DNA of 63,140 nucleotides, filler included, from Octopus bimaculoides (taxonomy: Eukaryota), in the NCBI RefSeq assembly GCF_001194135.2. It is 4 parts of 4 records of this genome, joined end to end, with 100 filler letters (N's around TTAATTAATTAA, not from the genome) between each part and the next. Parts side by side here need not be neighbours in the genome. Positions count along the whole stretch, not along the records: positions 1 to 31,324 come from NW_026439423.1; 3 more parts are not named here. One strand, 5' to 3'. Below are positions 1 to 12,000 of the stretch, piece by piece (the stretch's first letter is position 1; the number at the start of each line of letters is the position of its first letter). The notes under the pieces are model-generated. The model worked only from the letters and a program-made list of their open reading frames with translations. It made no database searches and had not been told where the DNA came from. The position numbers and the translations under genes are program-made.

Positions 1-62
<62 letters not shown>

Positions 63-599
63 TAGACATATGTATATATGTATGTATGTATGTATAATAT
101 AATTAAGATTCAGTTTGAATTAGGTACTTAAATTGAAGCACCTTTGTTAGGTTGACCTCTTTTGCACACACAAACAATATCAGGTGAACATCAGACTCTG
201 TGCAGAAGTGTTTGCACCTGATATTCCTGTAGTGTATGCAGATAACCTGACCCAGCTTGGTGAAAAGATCCGCTCTTGATTGTTCAGACACGTACTCCAT
301 ATAAAAACACAAAAATACTTTGCAAGATATTTCCCAAGTGCAGATTCCAGTTTGACTGCGAAGACCCGACAAATAAAGTGAGTTCACGGCTGTATCCGAC
401 ACCAGTTTCGCATAACCAGCCTCAGACCATTCAAAAGTACATTGGATCGTAGGACGACCTGCTGTGCTTGAGGAGACCTGTTGAGTCAAGTACCTCAACA
501 TCAAAATAAAAAGCAAATTGAAATTGTAGTTGCGATACCCGTGCCGGAGGCACGTAAAAAGCACCATCCGATCATAGTCGATGCCAGCCCTCTCTGGCC

Positions 600-782
600 A
601 TTGTGCTGGTGGCATGTAAAATAGCACCCACTACACTCACGGAGTGGTTGGTATTAGGAAGGGCATCCAGCTGTAAAAATTCTGCCAGGTCAGACCAGAG
701 CATGGTGCAACCATCTGGCTCGCCAGTCCTCAGTCAAATCGTCCAACCTATGCCAGCATGGAAAGCGGACGTTAAACGACAA
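600..782 (+). mobile_element. SINE/LINE 3' tail fragment
   Basis: aagggcatccagctgtaaaa...atgccagcatggaaagcggacgttaaacgac; related pieces near 30185-30330 (-), 34130-34240 and 40700-40810 (-). Confidence 0.65.
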
Positions 783-951
783 CATGCATATACATAAACA
801 TATACATATACACATACACATATATATATATATGTATATACATATGTATATATATATACATATGCATATATACATATACATATATATATATATATATGTG
901 TGTATGTATATATACATACATATATATACATATTTATATATATATATATAT

Positions 952-986
<35 letters not shown>

Positions 987-1643
987 AGCACACACATATG
1001 TATATATACTGACACACACACAGACATGCATGANNNNNNNNNNNNNNNNNNNNNNNNNNNNNNNNNNNNNNNNNNNNNNNNNNNNNNNNNNNNNNNNNNN
1101 NNNNNNNNNNNNNNNNNNNNNNNNNNNNNNNNNNNNNNNNNNNNNNNNNNNNNNNNNNNNNNNNNNNNNNNNNNNNNNNNNNNNNNNNNNNNNNNNNNNN
1201 NNNNNNNNNNNNNNNNNNNNNNNNNNNNNNNNNNNNNNNNNNNNNNNNNNNNNNNNNNNNNNNNNNNNNNNNNNNNNNNNNNNNNNNNNNNNNNNNNNNN
1301 NNNNNNNNNNNNNNNNNNNNNNNNNNNNNNNNNNNNNNNNNNNNNNNNNNNNNNNNNNNNNNNNNNNNNNNNNNNNNNNNNNNNNNNNATAGAATAGAGA
1401 CAGCTGATGAAGGGATATTCCAAGTGGCTTTCCGTTTTCCTATATGTTCGTTCCGTTGTCTGTTGTTTATTGTTCTAACGTCCTGTACCCTGATATGCAT
1501 GTATATACACATGTAGATGTAAGTATGTACATATATGTGTGTACACATGTATATATATTCTTTGTATTATTACATTATTGAATGCACACGTCCTTTTTTG
1601 CAAGTAAGTCTACTATATATATATATACATATATATTATAATA

Positions 1644-1741
1644 GGGGCCGGTTTATGGGGTCACCCTGGGTTTCTTGCTAATAAAGGGTTTAGCCTTACT
1701 GCGTATTTTCGGACCCAGGGTAACCCCTTAAACCAGACCCC
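1644..1741. mobile_element. Short (about 98 bp) MITE-like inverted repeat
   Basis: About 28-bp imperfect arms ggggccggtttatggggtcaccctgggt / acccagggtaaccccttaaaccagacccc. Confidence 0.6.
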
Positions 1742-1854
1742 ATTACGACATCAACTGCTCTACATCTTAGAGAGTGATTCTCCCCTGGATTTATGTATTT
1801 CTACAAACAATATATACACATATATATATATACATATATGTATATATGTATATG

Positions 1855-1887
<33 letters not shown>

Positions 1888-2209
1888 NNNNNNNNNNNNN
1901 NNNNNNNNNNNNNNNNNNNNNNNNNNNNNNNNNNNNNNNNNNNNNNNNNNNNNNNNNNNNNNNNNNNNNNNNNNNNNNNNNNNNNNNNNNNNNNNNNNNN
2001 NNNNNNNNNNNNNNNNNNNNNNNNNNNNNNNNNNNNNNNNNNNNNNNNNNNNNNNNNNNNNNNNNNNNNNNNNNNNNNNNNNNNNNNNNNNNNNNNNNNN
2101 NNNNNNNNNNNNNNNNNNNNNNNNNNNCACACATACACATATGTCAAGCAGGCAGCGATATGTACTTTAACTGGATGAGAGAAAATATAGAGCAAAAGAA
2201 GGATAATCT

Positions 2210-2244
<35 letters not shown>

Positions 2245-2509
2245 CCTCTCTCACCCTCTTACTCTGTCTCCCTCTCTCATACTCTTTCTCTGTCTCCCTT
2301 TCCTTCTTTCCCTTTTTCTCTTTCTTTCTTTACTTATGTCTGCCTTTCTCACTCCATCTTTTTTCTGAAGTGGTTGGCATTAGGAATGGCTTCCAGACAT
2401 ATGAAATCATGCCCAACTGAAGCCCAATTTAGTTCTTGGGCCCATTTGTTCCTCTCCCACTGTTGGTCTTATGCCAGCATGGATGCTAAACGATGATGAC
2501 GATGATTAT

Positions 2510-2820
2510 GTGTCTGTGTTTGTTCCCCCATCACCGCTTGACAACCAGTGTTGCTCTGTTTACATCCCCGTAACTTAACAGTTCGGCAAAAGAGACCGAT
2601 AGAATAAGTACTAGGCTTTAAAAATAAGCCCTTGGGTCAATTTGTTTGAGAAAATCCCTTCAGGCACAGGAGTGGCTGTGTGGTAAGAAGCTTGCTTCCC
2701 AACTATATGGTTCCAGGTTCAGTCCCACTGCATGGCACCTTGGGCAAGTGTCTTCTACTATAGCCTCGAGCTGACCAAAGCCTTGTGAGTGGATTTGGTA
2801 GACAGAAACTAAAAGCCCAT
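2510..2820 (+). mobile_element. SINE fragments (second family)
   Basis: Body fragment 2510-2660 followed by a head with A/B boxes at 2661-2820. Confidence 0.7.
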
Positions 2821-2977
2821 CATATATATATATATGTATGTATTTGTGTGTCTTCCCTCCATGTTGACTAAGGTTTGGTGGAAGATTTTAATTCAGATCT
2901 TATGAAAACAAGACATTTGTACTACAGACCCAGAGGCGGTTTCAGTTGGGTTGGTATCAAAAAGATTAAAAATTGTG

Positions 2978-3252
2978 AATCTTTCTGATTCGGCAGGTGC
3001 CACTTTTTATTTAGTTTTTATTTAGTGTGTTTTCTACCGAAACACTTTCAAACTTCGCATACTTGTATATTTTGTCTTATAGAACAGAGAAAAATGTTTA
3101 TATTCGAAGTTATTTCATGTTAAAGTTGTTGTATTTCGGTAGTTTCAACTAATCACTGACCTCTATTGAGATGAAAACAATTACTGCTATGGAATGTAAA
3201 CAACACGTTCTAGCGGTGTAATGGGATCTTTTCCCTTGAATAAAATTAGTGT
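2978..3252. mobile_element. Truncated copy of the same fold-back family
   Basis: Matches the arm sequence (gaaacactttcaaacttcgcatac...ttatttcatgttaaagttg...gggatcttttcccttgaataaaattagtg); interrupted by a LINE fragment. Confidence 0.7.
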
Positions 3253-3519
3253 TTCTCCAGGTGCCGAGCCGCAAACCCACTGACTTTTCCTGGTTAACTT
3301 TTGCTCCCGTTACTGTTTTGCATTCTCTTAGTGTCTCGCCAACCAGGTCGATATTCCTGAGGCTTGGCACTGATGGTGACATCGTCCGCATATGCAGACA
3401 CGCTTGTCTTGCATCCCGGTTCTCATGGGATGCCGCTTCGGCGTCACCGGCTTCCGTAGTAGTGGCTCCAGAGTCAATACATACAGAAGTGACAAGCAGG
3501 GACATCCTTGACGGCCCGA

Positions 3520-3990
3520 ACGAATGACGTTGAAATGTTTGGACAGATCTCATTCACTCGAACTACTGAGCGAATGCTGCTGTATAAAGCAGTGATCCAA
3601 CCATGGAAGACGGGACCGAAACCAGCCGCGTTGAGGGCACCCGCGAATTATCAATGGTCAACCTTATTGAAAGCTTTTGATTGCTCCAAATTGATCAGCA
3701 CCCCACCCATACCAGGTTCCTTAACTACCCTGTCCATGACATAGCACATGAGGTGGAGGTTGTCAGGCATAGTTCTACCCAGAACGGCGCATGTTGGCGC
3801 CTTGTCAACCAGCTTCCTGATGACAAGGGCCAACCCCATGCCTATCACTTTGGCCAAAATTTTAAAATCTGTGTTGAGCAGGGTAATGGGTCGAACATTA
3901 TCTATATTGTTCCCTTTGTTTGGGGTCTTTCTTTAGCCGTGTCACCACTCCTCGGTTCACAAAACTAGGGATACTCCCGTTTTGTTGCCA
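3520..3990 (-). mobile_element. LINE reverse transcriptase relic (L1/Tx1-like)
   Basis: KVIGMGLALVIRKLVDKAPTCAVLGRTMPDNLHLM...GGVLINLEQSKAFNKVDH...GFGPVFHGWITALY match non-LTR RT domain 2-3 motifs; stops present. Confidence 0.85.
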
Positions 3991-4059
3991 GTTGCCAAGA
4001 GATCCCCAAACAAGTCTGGCATATGACAAATAAAGCTCGTACATCAGACAGACAGACCG

Positions 4060-4120
4060 ATAGATAGATAGATAGATAGATAGGTAGGTAGGTAGGTAGA
4101 CAAATAGCTAGCTAGCTAGC

Positions 4121-4156
<36 letters not shown>

Positions 4157-6050
4157 GACACATTGACAGACTGACAAACAGACAGACAGACATAGATAGA
4201 TAGATAGAGAGATAGGTAGGTAGATAGATAGATAGATGGATAGATAGATAGATACAGAGATAGGTAGAGAGAGAGAGAAACAGACAAATAGATAGCTAGA
4301 TAGAAACATGGATAGATAGATAGATAGATTTACGAACAAGGACAGAGAGCTATGAAAGAGTAGAGTAAGGAGAAGAGAGAGTGAGAGTTAAGAGAGGGGG
4401 AGTAGTGAGAAAAAGGGGGAAAAGAAACAAAGAATAAGGAGATAAAAGTACTGCTGGGAAGAAAGGAAAAGGAAACAGTAGAAGGTGAGAGAGAGGGGGG
4501 AGAGAGAGAGATAGGAAGTGTGAAAGAGGAAGAAGAAAGGACAGAAAACGAGAGAGTGAGAACGAGAGAAAGAGTGGTATGTAGCGTGAGGGGATGGTGA
4601 GAGTAAAGACTGTGTAGTGAGGGAGGTGCGTTATTAGAGATGGTAAAAGAATAAAGGAGGAGGGAAAAAGAAGAGAAGCAGTTGGAGATAAAGGAGGGAA
4701 AGCGGGAGGAGAAACACAGTAGGAGAATAAAGGGAGGAGGAGAGTAGCAGCATCAAGAGAAGAACAAAGAAGGGGAAGGGAAAGAATAGAGAACTATGAA
4801 GGAAGTGAAGGAGGAGGAGGAGGAGAATCGGTGACGGAAGAACAATGAAGAAAAAGGAATATGAGGGGGGAGTCGTGGGAGGAGGACTCGAAGCTGAAGT
4901 AGAGGTTCAAGAAGGAAGGAGGAGGAGGGTGAAGGAAGGGAGCAGACGGTGAAAGAAGAAGGAGAAAGGCGAAAGGAGGAGGAGGAGGAGAAGCTTAAGG
5001 AAGACGGAGTAGGAGTATGAGGAGGTAGGAAGAGAAACAGGAGGAGAGATAAAGGGGAGAAGAGATAAAGAACTGAGTAAAGAAGGGAGAGGGAAGAGAG
5101 GAGAAGGAAAAGGAGAAAAAGAAAAAGGGAGAGAAAAGGAGGAGGAGGAGGATGGGCAGGAGGGAGAAAGAGAAAAATAAGGAGGAAGAGAAAGAATATA
5201 AGTAGAGAGTGAGGGAGTGGGCAGGAGAAGGAAAACGAAACAGAAAAAAGGAGAGAGAGAGAGAGAGAAAGAGAAGAAAAAGGGAGGAGTAAGAGTAAGA
5301 GGAAACAAATCATAAAAAAGAAGAAAGGGAAGGGTGAGGAGGAAATATAAAAAGAGTAATAAGAATGAGTAAAAGGAAGAGGAGTAGGAGATAAACAAGA
5401 GGGAAAGGGAAGAAGAGAGAGGGTGAAAGAAATGACGTAAATTTATGAGATGAGGGGGAGGAGGCGAGAGGGAACATAATGAGAGAAGGAGGAAAGGGAA
5501 GAGGAGTAGGAGTATGTAAAGAGTAAGCAAAGTGTTATTAGAAGAAGAGAGAGGGAGTAATAGAGAGTAGAAAGAGATGGAGAGAAGGAGAGAAAGAAAT
5601 TAGACGAAGACAAAGAGAGACAAAGAGAGGGAAGGACAGGTAAAGATAGACAGAGATTAAGTAGGAGAAAGTAAAAGTGGGAGAGAAGAGAAAGTGAAAG
5701 AAAGAGAGAGAGACGGGAAAAGAGAGAGGGAAATATAAAAATAGATAGGGAGAAAGAGTAAGAGAGATAAAGGGGGAAAAGTAAAAGAGAGAGGAAGAAA
5801 AGAGATAGAGGGAAAAGAAAGAGAAAGTGTGAGAGAGAGAGAATGAAAGAAAGAAAAGAGCGTTTAATCAGGGGAAAGTAAAAGAGAAAGAAATATGAAA
5901 ATAGATAGGGAGAAAGAGTAAGAGAGATAAAGGAGGAAAAGTAAAAGAGAGAGAGAGAGGAAGGAAGAACAGAGAGAGAGAGAGAATAGGAAGAAAAAGA
6001 GTAAGAGTGAGAGAGTGAAAGAAAGAAAAGAAAAGGGAGAAAGAAAACAA
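4060..6050 (+). repeat. About 2-kb purine-rich (GA) low-complexity tract
   Basis: (GATA)n/(GA)n/GGA-rich, almost no pyrimidines on the plus strand; internal duplication at about 5730-5795 and 5890-5955. Confidence 0.95.
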
Positions 6051-6084
6051 AGTGTAAGCTAACGCTCGAATGTGTAAGGTGTAA

Positions 6085-6258
6085 CGCGATTGGCTGTGAG
6101 GTCTTATTAGCGCATGCGTGCTTGTGTCTTTCTTGCCCGGTCGTCCTTTCCCCCGTAAGCGGTGTTCTACTTTGGTTGATCTTAGTGTCGGCCGCGCTGT
6201 TTATTCACCATAGTTTTTTTTTTCCACCCCCGTTTGTCCGGTTCAATTTACAGCCGAG
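6085..6258 (+). promoter_or_regulatory. Candidate promoter / first exon of an unannotated plus-strand transcript
   Basis: Reverse CCAAT (ATTGG 6089-6093), NRF1-like GCGCATGCGT (6110-6119), TCT/TOP-like CTTTCTT from 6128, donor gag|gtaatt at 6259. Confidence 0.35.
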
Positions 6259-8767
6259 GTAATTCAAAATCATTTTATTCGATTCTCCATTTCCTCTTCT
6301 CTAATTTTCAATGAAATCCCCAATCCGTTTCTCCATATTTTCCGCCTCTTTTCCTCTTCCAAACGACGAAAGCCATTTTTTCTCCCATCTTCTCCCATTT
6401 TCTCGCCATCTTGGTTTTTATGTCTTCTGTTTGTTCTTTCTCACTTTCGTTTCAGGATTTCCACCAAATATTTCAATGAAACCTCACCAAAAACACATCC
6501 AAAACATTCCTCACACATTTATTAACACCTTTATATAATTCCAACACCTTTTTTTCCAGATCTTCCATGTATTTTTTGTAATCACTTTTTTTCCCCCCAA
6601 TTTAAATGCCTCACGTTTAACCGGCATTCAACGGCGATCGATAGGTCGAGGCTACGATCTTTCAGTTCATGTCGAGAAATATACTAATTTATTCTTAGAA
6701 ACGACTAATTGAGATCATTTTTAGCCTACAAGAAAATGAAGATTCCATATAATTAACAGCCATAATTGTCTTAGCCATCCCGCTTATTATGTGCACACAA
6801 TATAAATGTGCGTATATGTATATATATATATATATATATATGTGTGTATATACTATTCTTGTAGCGCTCCTATTTTTTGTGTGTGTATATATATATATAT
6901 ATGTGCGTGTATATATATATTTGTGTGTATATATATATACATATGTAATTTATATATTGTTTGTAGCAGTTGTGTGTATATAAAACCATGTTAGGGGTTA
7001 ATGGTAAATATTATTTTAAAATCAAATCTGTAATCCCAGTTGTTTCATTAGGAAATCTGTTCATCCCATGAACAGATTATCAACATATATACATATACAT
7101 ATATATATATATAGAAATGTACATTTCATTTTTCCATTTCATTCGTGGGACATATGTAGGCTCTATTGTTTTTTAGCTGTCCCACTTTGTACGTTATGTG
7201 CGTATATCGTGATATATGGCGGCACTGTTAACTTTTAGAGGTCCCACTGTTACGCATGTGCATATGTATTATTGTTTAGTGGAGTCGATGCTGACCTTCA
7301 GAGGCCCTGATTTTGTGTCCTTTATTTATTATATACAAAATTCAAGTAACAGATTGAAGATATTCTAGGTACTCTGCGTAGATTTCTGTATATCATTTCT
7401 TTTTTGTTTAACCATTTTTAATTTTCAGAATTTACTCTGTGTAAATGATTAAACTGTCATCGGGGAAACTAGAAATATATAATGTATACTAGATGCTTTG
7501 TTCAAGGAAGGGCTTATTTTATTGAAACAGAGAAATGGGAGAAAGCTGCACTGCTAACTTTTAGTGGTCCTTAATACATGAACGAAATGTATACATTTTA
7601 TTTATATTGAAGATGAAAGGATTAAAAAAAAAAAGCACTGATGCCTTTTAGAGGCCCTGATCAATCACTTATCTATCTGGATAAATCTCGGCATTGATCG
7701 ATGTAGGTTAAAGATTTGGCAGGTGGGGTGGGAGAAAAAATATTTTTATTTTCTCATAATCGTATAAATTCTTGGGTGTAGCACACAAATAAACAATAAT
7801 TTTGTGGAAATTCACCCCCAACACAAAAGCTATGAGAGGTTTATATGTGGTGCTTAAACCTGAATTCCGCTTTTGCCTTTTTATTGAGGCGGCGAAAGTC
7901 CTGGGGTCCTTTTTGCTCAGCTAAAATGCTTGAAGGCTGTTCCCTACCATGGCTCGCAATCCATTGAAATAGGTGGAAGATTAGATATATGAGAAAAGAA
8001 GTTCTAGAGGTAGGGATTGTTTTCATGTATATAAAATTTAATTCTTTATAATTACGTTCGTTTCAACACTACATAGGATATAAATGCATTCATGATATTA
8101 TTAATGCAAATTATATTTCTTTAGATTGCTTAATTTTACTAACTATACATGTGTGTGTAAGTTTAAATTATTTACAAAATGAGAGGTAAATCGCCATAAG
8201 AGCGTTGCAACAAATACGTTGCTTTATTTTTCCTGTTCATTACTCGGGAGTTCAAATCTTGTTGAAATCTTTTCCCTCGGAATCGATGAACTAAAGGCAC
8301 TTAGTGATGTACTGAGATCGATATATATGTATATAATATATGCGCTATTGACTTTTAGCGTCCCAATTTTTTTTTTATATTCTTAAGCAATATAAAAATT
8401 TTATTGCTATTTTCAAAATATCTTTAAATAAAAAAATTTCCCCCCTCGGTTTATTTTTCTTCACACACCCTTTTATTGATTTTTATGACACAGATGACGA
8501 ATTTTTTCATATTTTAAAACGTCAATCTCTGTTTACAGGAATTGACCGGTGATCGATCTGCTATATATATCAATCATATAAAGCAAACAGCAGCCTTCGT
8601 TGACTTTTTAGAGATCTTTTATTTTTTTCCAATAAAGAAAAAAAAAATGCTGGTAGATTTCTTGGGTTGTCAAATCCCTGCCTAAGTAATAAAGGGGACT
8701 ATGAGCTGTGTGTGTGTACCTGCTTAAAGCATTAAAAAAATTAAACTACACATTTAACGCCTTAAAC

Positions 8768-9011
8768 CAGGGGTTCTCAACTAATCTATGGACCCTTTAG
8801 ATTATTTTTTTTCTGATGGATCCCTCTTAATTATTTGATAAAGTTTAGCTTTGTAGAAACTGCTTTCGAAATTCCTATTTTGTTTTTCGCACGTTAACTT
8901 GTGTAGGTTTCTTGCAATATACTTCTAAAGCAGATTTTTTTCAGAGACCCCCTTAAGGAATATTGTTGATTCCCAATTTAAAAATCTACGAATCCCGATC
9001 GAGAACCGCTG
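8768..9011. mobile_element. Degraded hAT-type MITE
   Basis: Ends CAGGGGTTCTC / GAGAACCGCTG; TSD not preserved. Confidence 0.55.
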
Positions 9012-12000
9012 TGCTACACCGTGGTGAATTTCCTGGTTGTGGTTCACCCCTTGCCCCATTTCCATCAGAAGCTTTATGTACGGCTATTTTTGCGGGTTCC
9101 TCTAAATCATGCTTATCTTCTAATCTAAGTATTTTTGCTCACCCTACCACTCATTAGATAAATGTTACGGTCGATTAGAGCCAGCCTTTTAAAGGTTTGA
9201 AGGCAATCAATCGGTATTGGTCTCAGCAAAGTGAAAGACCAATATCGATCGATTGCCAGTTTCAAAAGAATTAGATCGCCTATTCGTTGGTGGTGGTGGT
9301 GGGTATCCAAACTAACAGATTTAACTATTAATCCAATGCGGATTAAATTCGTTGTACTTATATTTGAATTTACTGGATTTTATTGTGTGTTCGCGCTTCG
9401 ATTAGAACCCGCCATGAAAGATTTCAAACCGTCGCTGGTGATCAAGGCAAGTGCTCCGCAAACGATTCTCACTTGCGGTACACTTAAATTTGTCTTCTAA
9501 ATTCAGCGGCACACTTGGGGAGAAATTATATTCCGGTTGCGGAGCGCACTGCTCTACACAGAGATTTAAGCATTAATCTAATGTGAATTAAGCTTGTTCA
9601 AAAAAATTGAGGAAGGGTGAAAATGATGAAATGGGATCAGTTAGGGACCTTCTTTCGTTACTACCGTGCCTAAATGTTGCAGATAGGTGTTAAGATATAA
9701 TTATTGGCAATAAATCGAAGCATTAGGTGGGTATCTATTAGATGTAGATTACGATGTGATTTCTGTAATAAACACGTGCGTTGGAAGGGTTTTATTAAAG
9801 GAGCTGGCTGGTAAAAATGCCGGGTGAAATAGGACAGAATCTTTGAGTTACGGAAGCGTTGATTTATTTGGGGAAGAAAAAAAAAAAAGGATTTTGCTGT
9901 AACGTGGAACCGTGTCCCCCCTCCTCCGGCATTATTTTCCGTGTAGCATGGAAGCCATTGGAAATTGCTAACACGTGATTGCAGGTGAGGTGGGGGTGGG
10001 GGTCTTAATCCCCACAGCTCACTGGGACAAGCTACTCTGTTTCTTTCGCTTCGAGTGCGGGTTCAGATCGAATCGTGGGCCTCTAATATTAGAAAATAAT
10101 AGGATATATTAAAAGGGTATGGCATACGCCCTCCGTAACTTTATTTCAAAAAATTTCTACGGAAAACCTTTTAGGATGATGTAGATGAGAATTTATGTAA
10201 AAGCATTTTTCCGATGATCGGGAGGGGAGTTGCGGAAAAATTCACTCGTCTCGTCTCTTCCTCGATAACTTTATGAAAATTTCCACAAATATCTTTCATT
10301 GTTTAGATTAGTCACGTCAGAATTTATAATCTATACCATAAAATAGACATTTGTAGGAAATTTCATTAAAAAAAACAAAAATAACCCATTTTTCTGAAAG
10401 TTCTGAGGAAACTGAACCAATCCATGTTAGTTATTTTTTGTAAAGGTATGAAGGGAGAGAAAATGCCATTTTCCCAATATTGCTTATAATGTAGGACAAT
10501 GATATATAGACATAGCTAAAGGTGGAAGTTCTAAGAACAGCTTGAAAATAAATTTATATTCAATTCTAGCCACCTTGTTGATTGTAAATAAGTGTATATA
10601 TATATGTATACACATCATTGCAATGCATCAGGCGTTTGTGAAGATTTTTAGCAAGCCTTAAATGGAAGCCGATCTCACAAAATGTTTCCAAGACATGTCA
10701 AAGTTTTAACTTTCTCATTTCTCTTTCAGACTTGTTGGCAGCACCAGACAATGGCAGATTCCATATCTGACACTGGAAGTGTAAAAAAAAAAAAAGCACA
10801 TTGTGCTTGTGGCTCTAGCTGCCAATCCCAGTGATTTGGAGCTAGCTTGTTTGTTGTTGAATGTGGCTGCTTCCTTTGTATTTTAGGGTCGGCAAAGAGC
10901 TTGGAGGCCTTTGGATGGCTGGGATGTTTCATCCGTAGCCAAAGGAAACAAATCTTGGCTGCTGTTTGGTGTCTGCTGTCATGAGGACGATCAGGTTCTC
11001 CTGCAGGTCTGGGGGCATCAAAGAGGGCCGTATAGCCCAGTTGCTTAACCCTTTCTGATTAAATGTGATGCTTATGTATTTGCATTGTCTTGAATTAATC
11101 CTGCCTAATCTTGTAGCTTCAAGATTTTGTTCATATGATTGCTTTTTAGAATGACATTGTTGGTTAGGTGTGAGAAACCAGATCTGGCTGGTTTGTACAT
11201 AAAACAAGTGGATCATCTGGGCCTGGTGTGGCTGGTTTAAAATGCTAAACTGTTTGAGTAGCAAAATCCACTACCATACGTGATAGCAAGCAGAAACATG
11301 ATCTGATTGAAATTCGCTTACGAGACAAGCTTCAGTATCCACCGTCACAAACCTGCTACACTCTGTTTCTTCTTCAAGGACATTATTAGATATAAACAGT
11401 AAGAGGCATATATAATTTTCTGCATTCATGTAGTTTTAGTTGGTGAGAACTGCCCTCAGAAGTTAATAAAAATGTCACATGTTAGCCAATTAGAAGCTTC
11501 CATCGCCAACATATGTGAAGTTGTACTTACTTGTTAATGGGAACAGTGCATGCACTCCAGGATAAGACAGTGGAGATAAAATCTTTATATGGTTTCTTGA
11601 TCTCCTGAAAATAAGTAGCCAATCTTAAACTATACCGTAATATCTTTGAATAAAATGGACACAAAACTTTAGTTGGGTATAAGCTGTTTCTGAAAATAAG
11701 ATAAAATTAGTCTGAAGGTCATTGATCACTGTGTTACTTGATTAAGAATTGTTTGTTTGTTTTTTTGTTTTTTTTATATATTCATAATTAAGACCCCAAC
11801 ACATCAGGGTCCTTTGTTTTTTTTTATCCTTGTATGTGTGCTGTCTCCAAAGCAGATAATTACGACTTCCACTATGTTGGCAATGGAGGTTTCAGATTAT
11901 CTAAAATTACACGACTTTGAAAGATGCTAACGTCTTTATTAATAATCTTTTAAAAAAAAAAGAAGAAAATAAAGATTCGGGTTGTTACCTGTGCATGTAT

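Noticed and set aside
4753-5530. Leu/Phe/Ser-rich ORFs of 186 and 207 aa
   Set aside because: Translation of the GA-rich tract
10751-10834. Short plus-strand ORF with CACGSSCQ (metallothionein-like)
   Set aside because: Only three Cys, a poly-A-derived Lys run and an early stop
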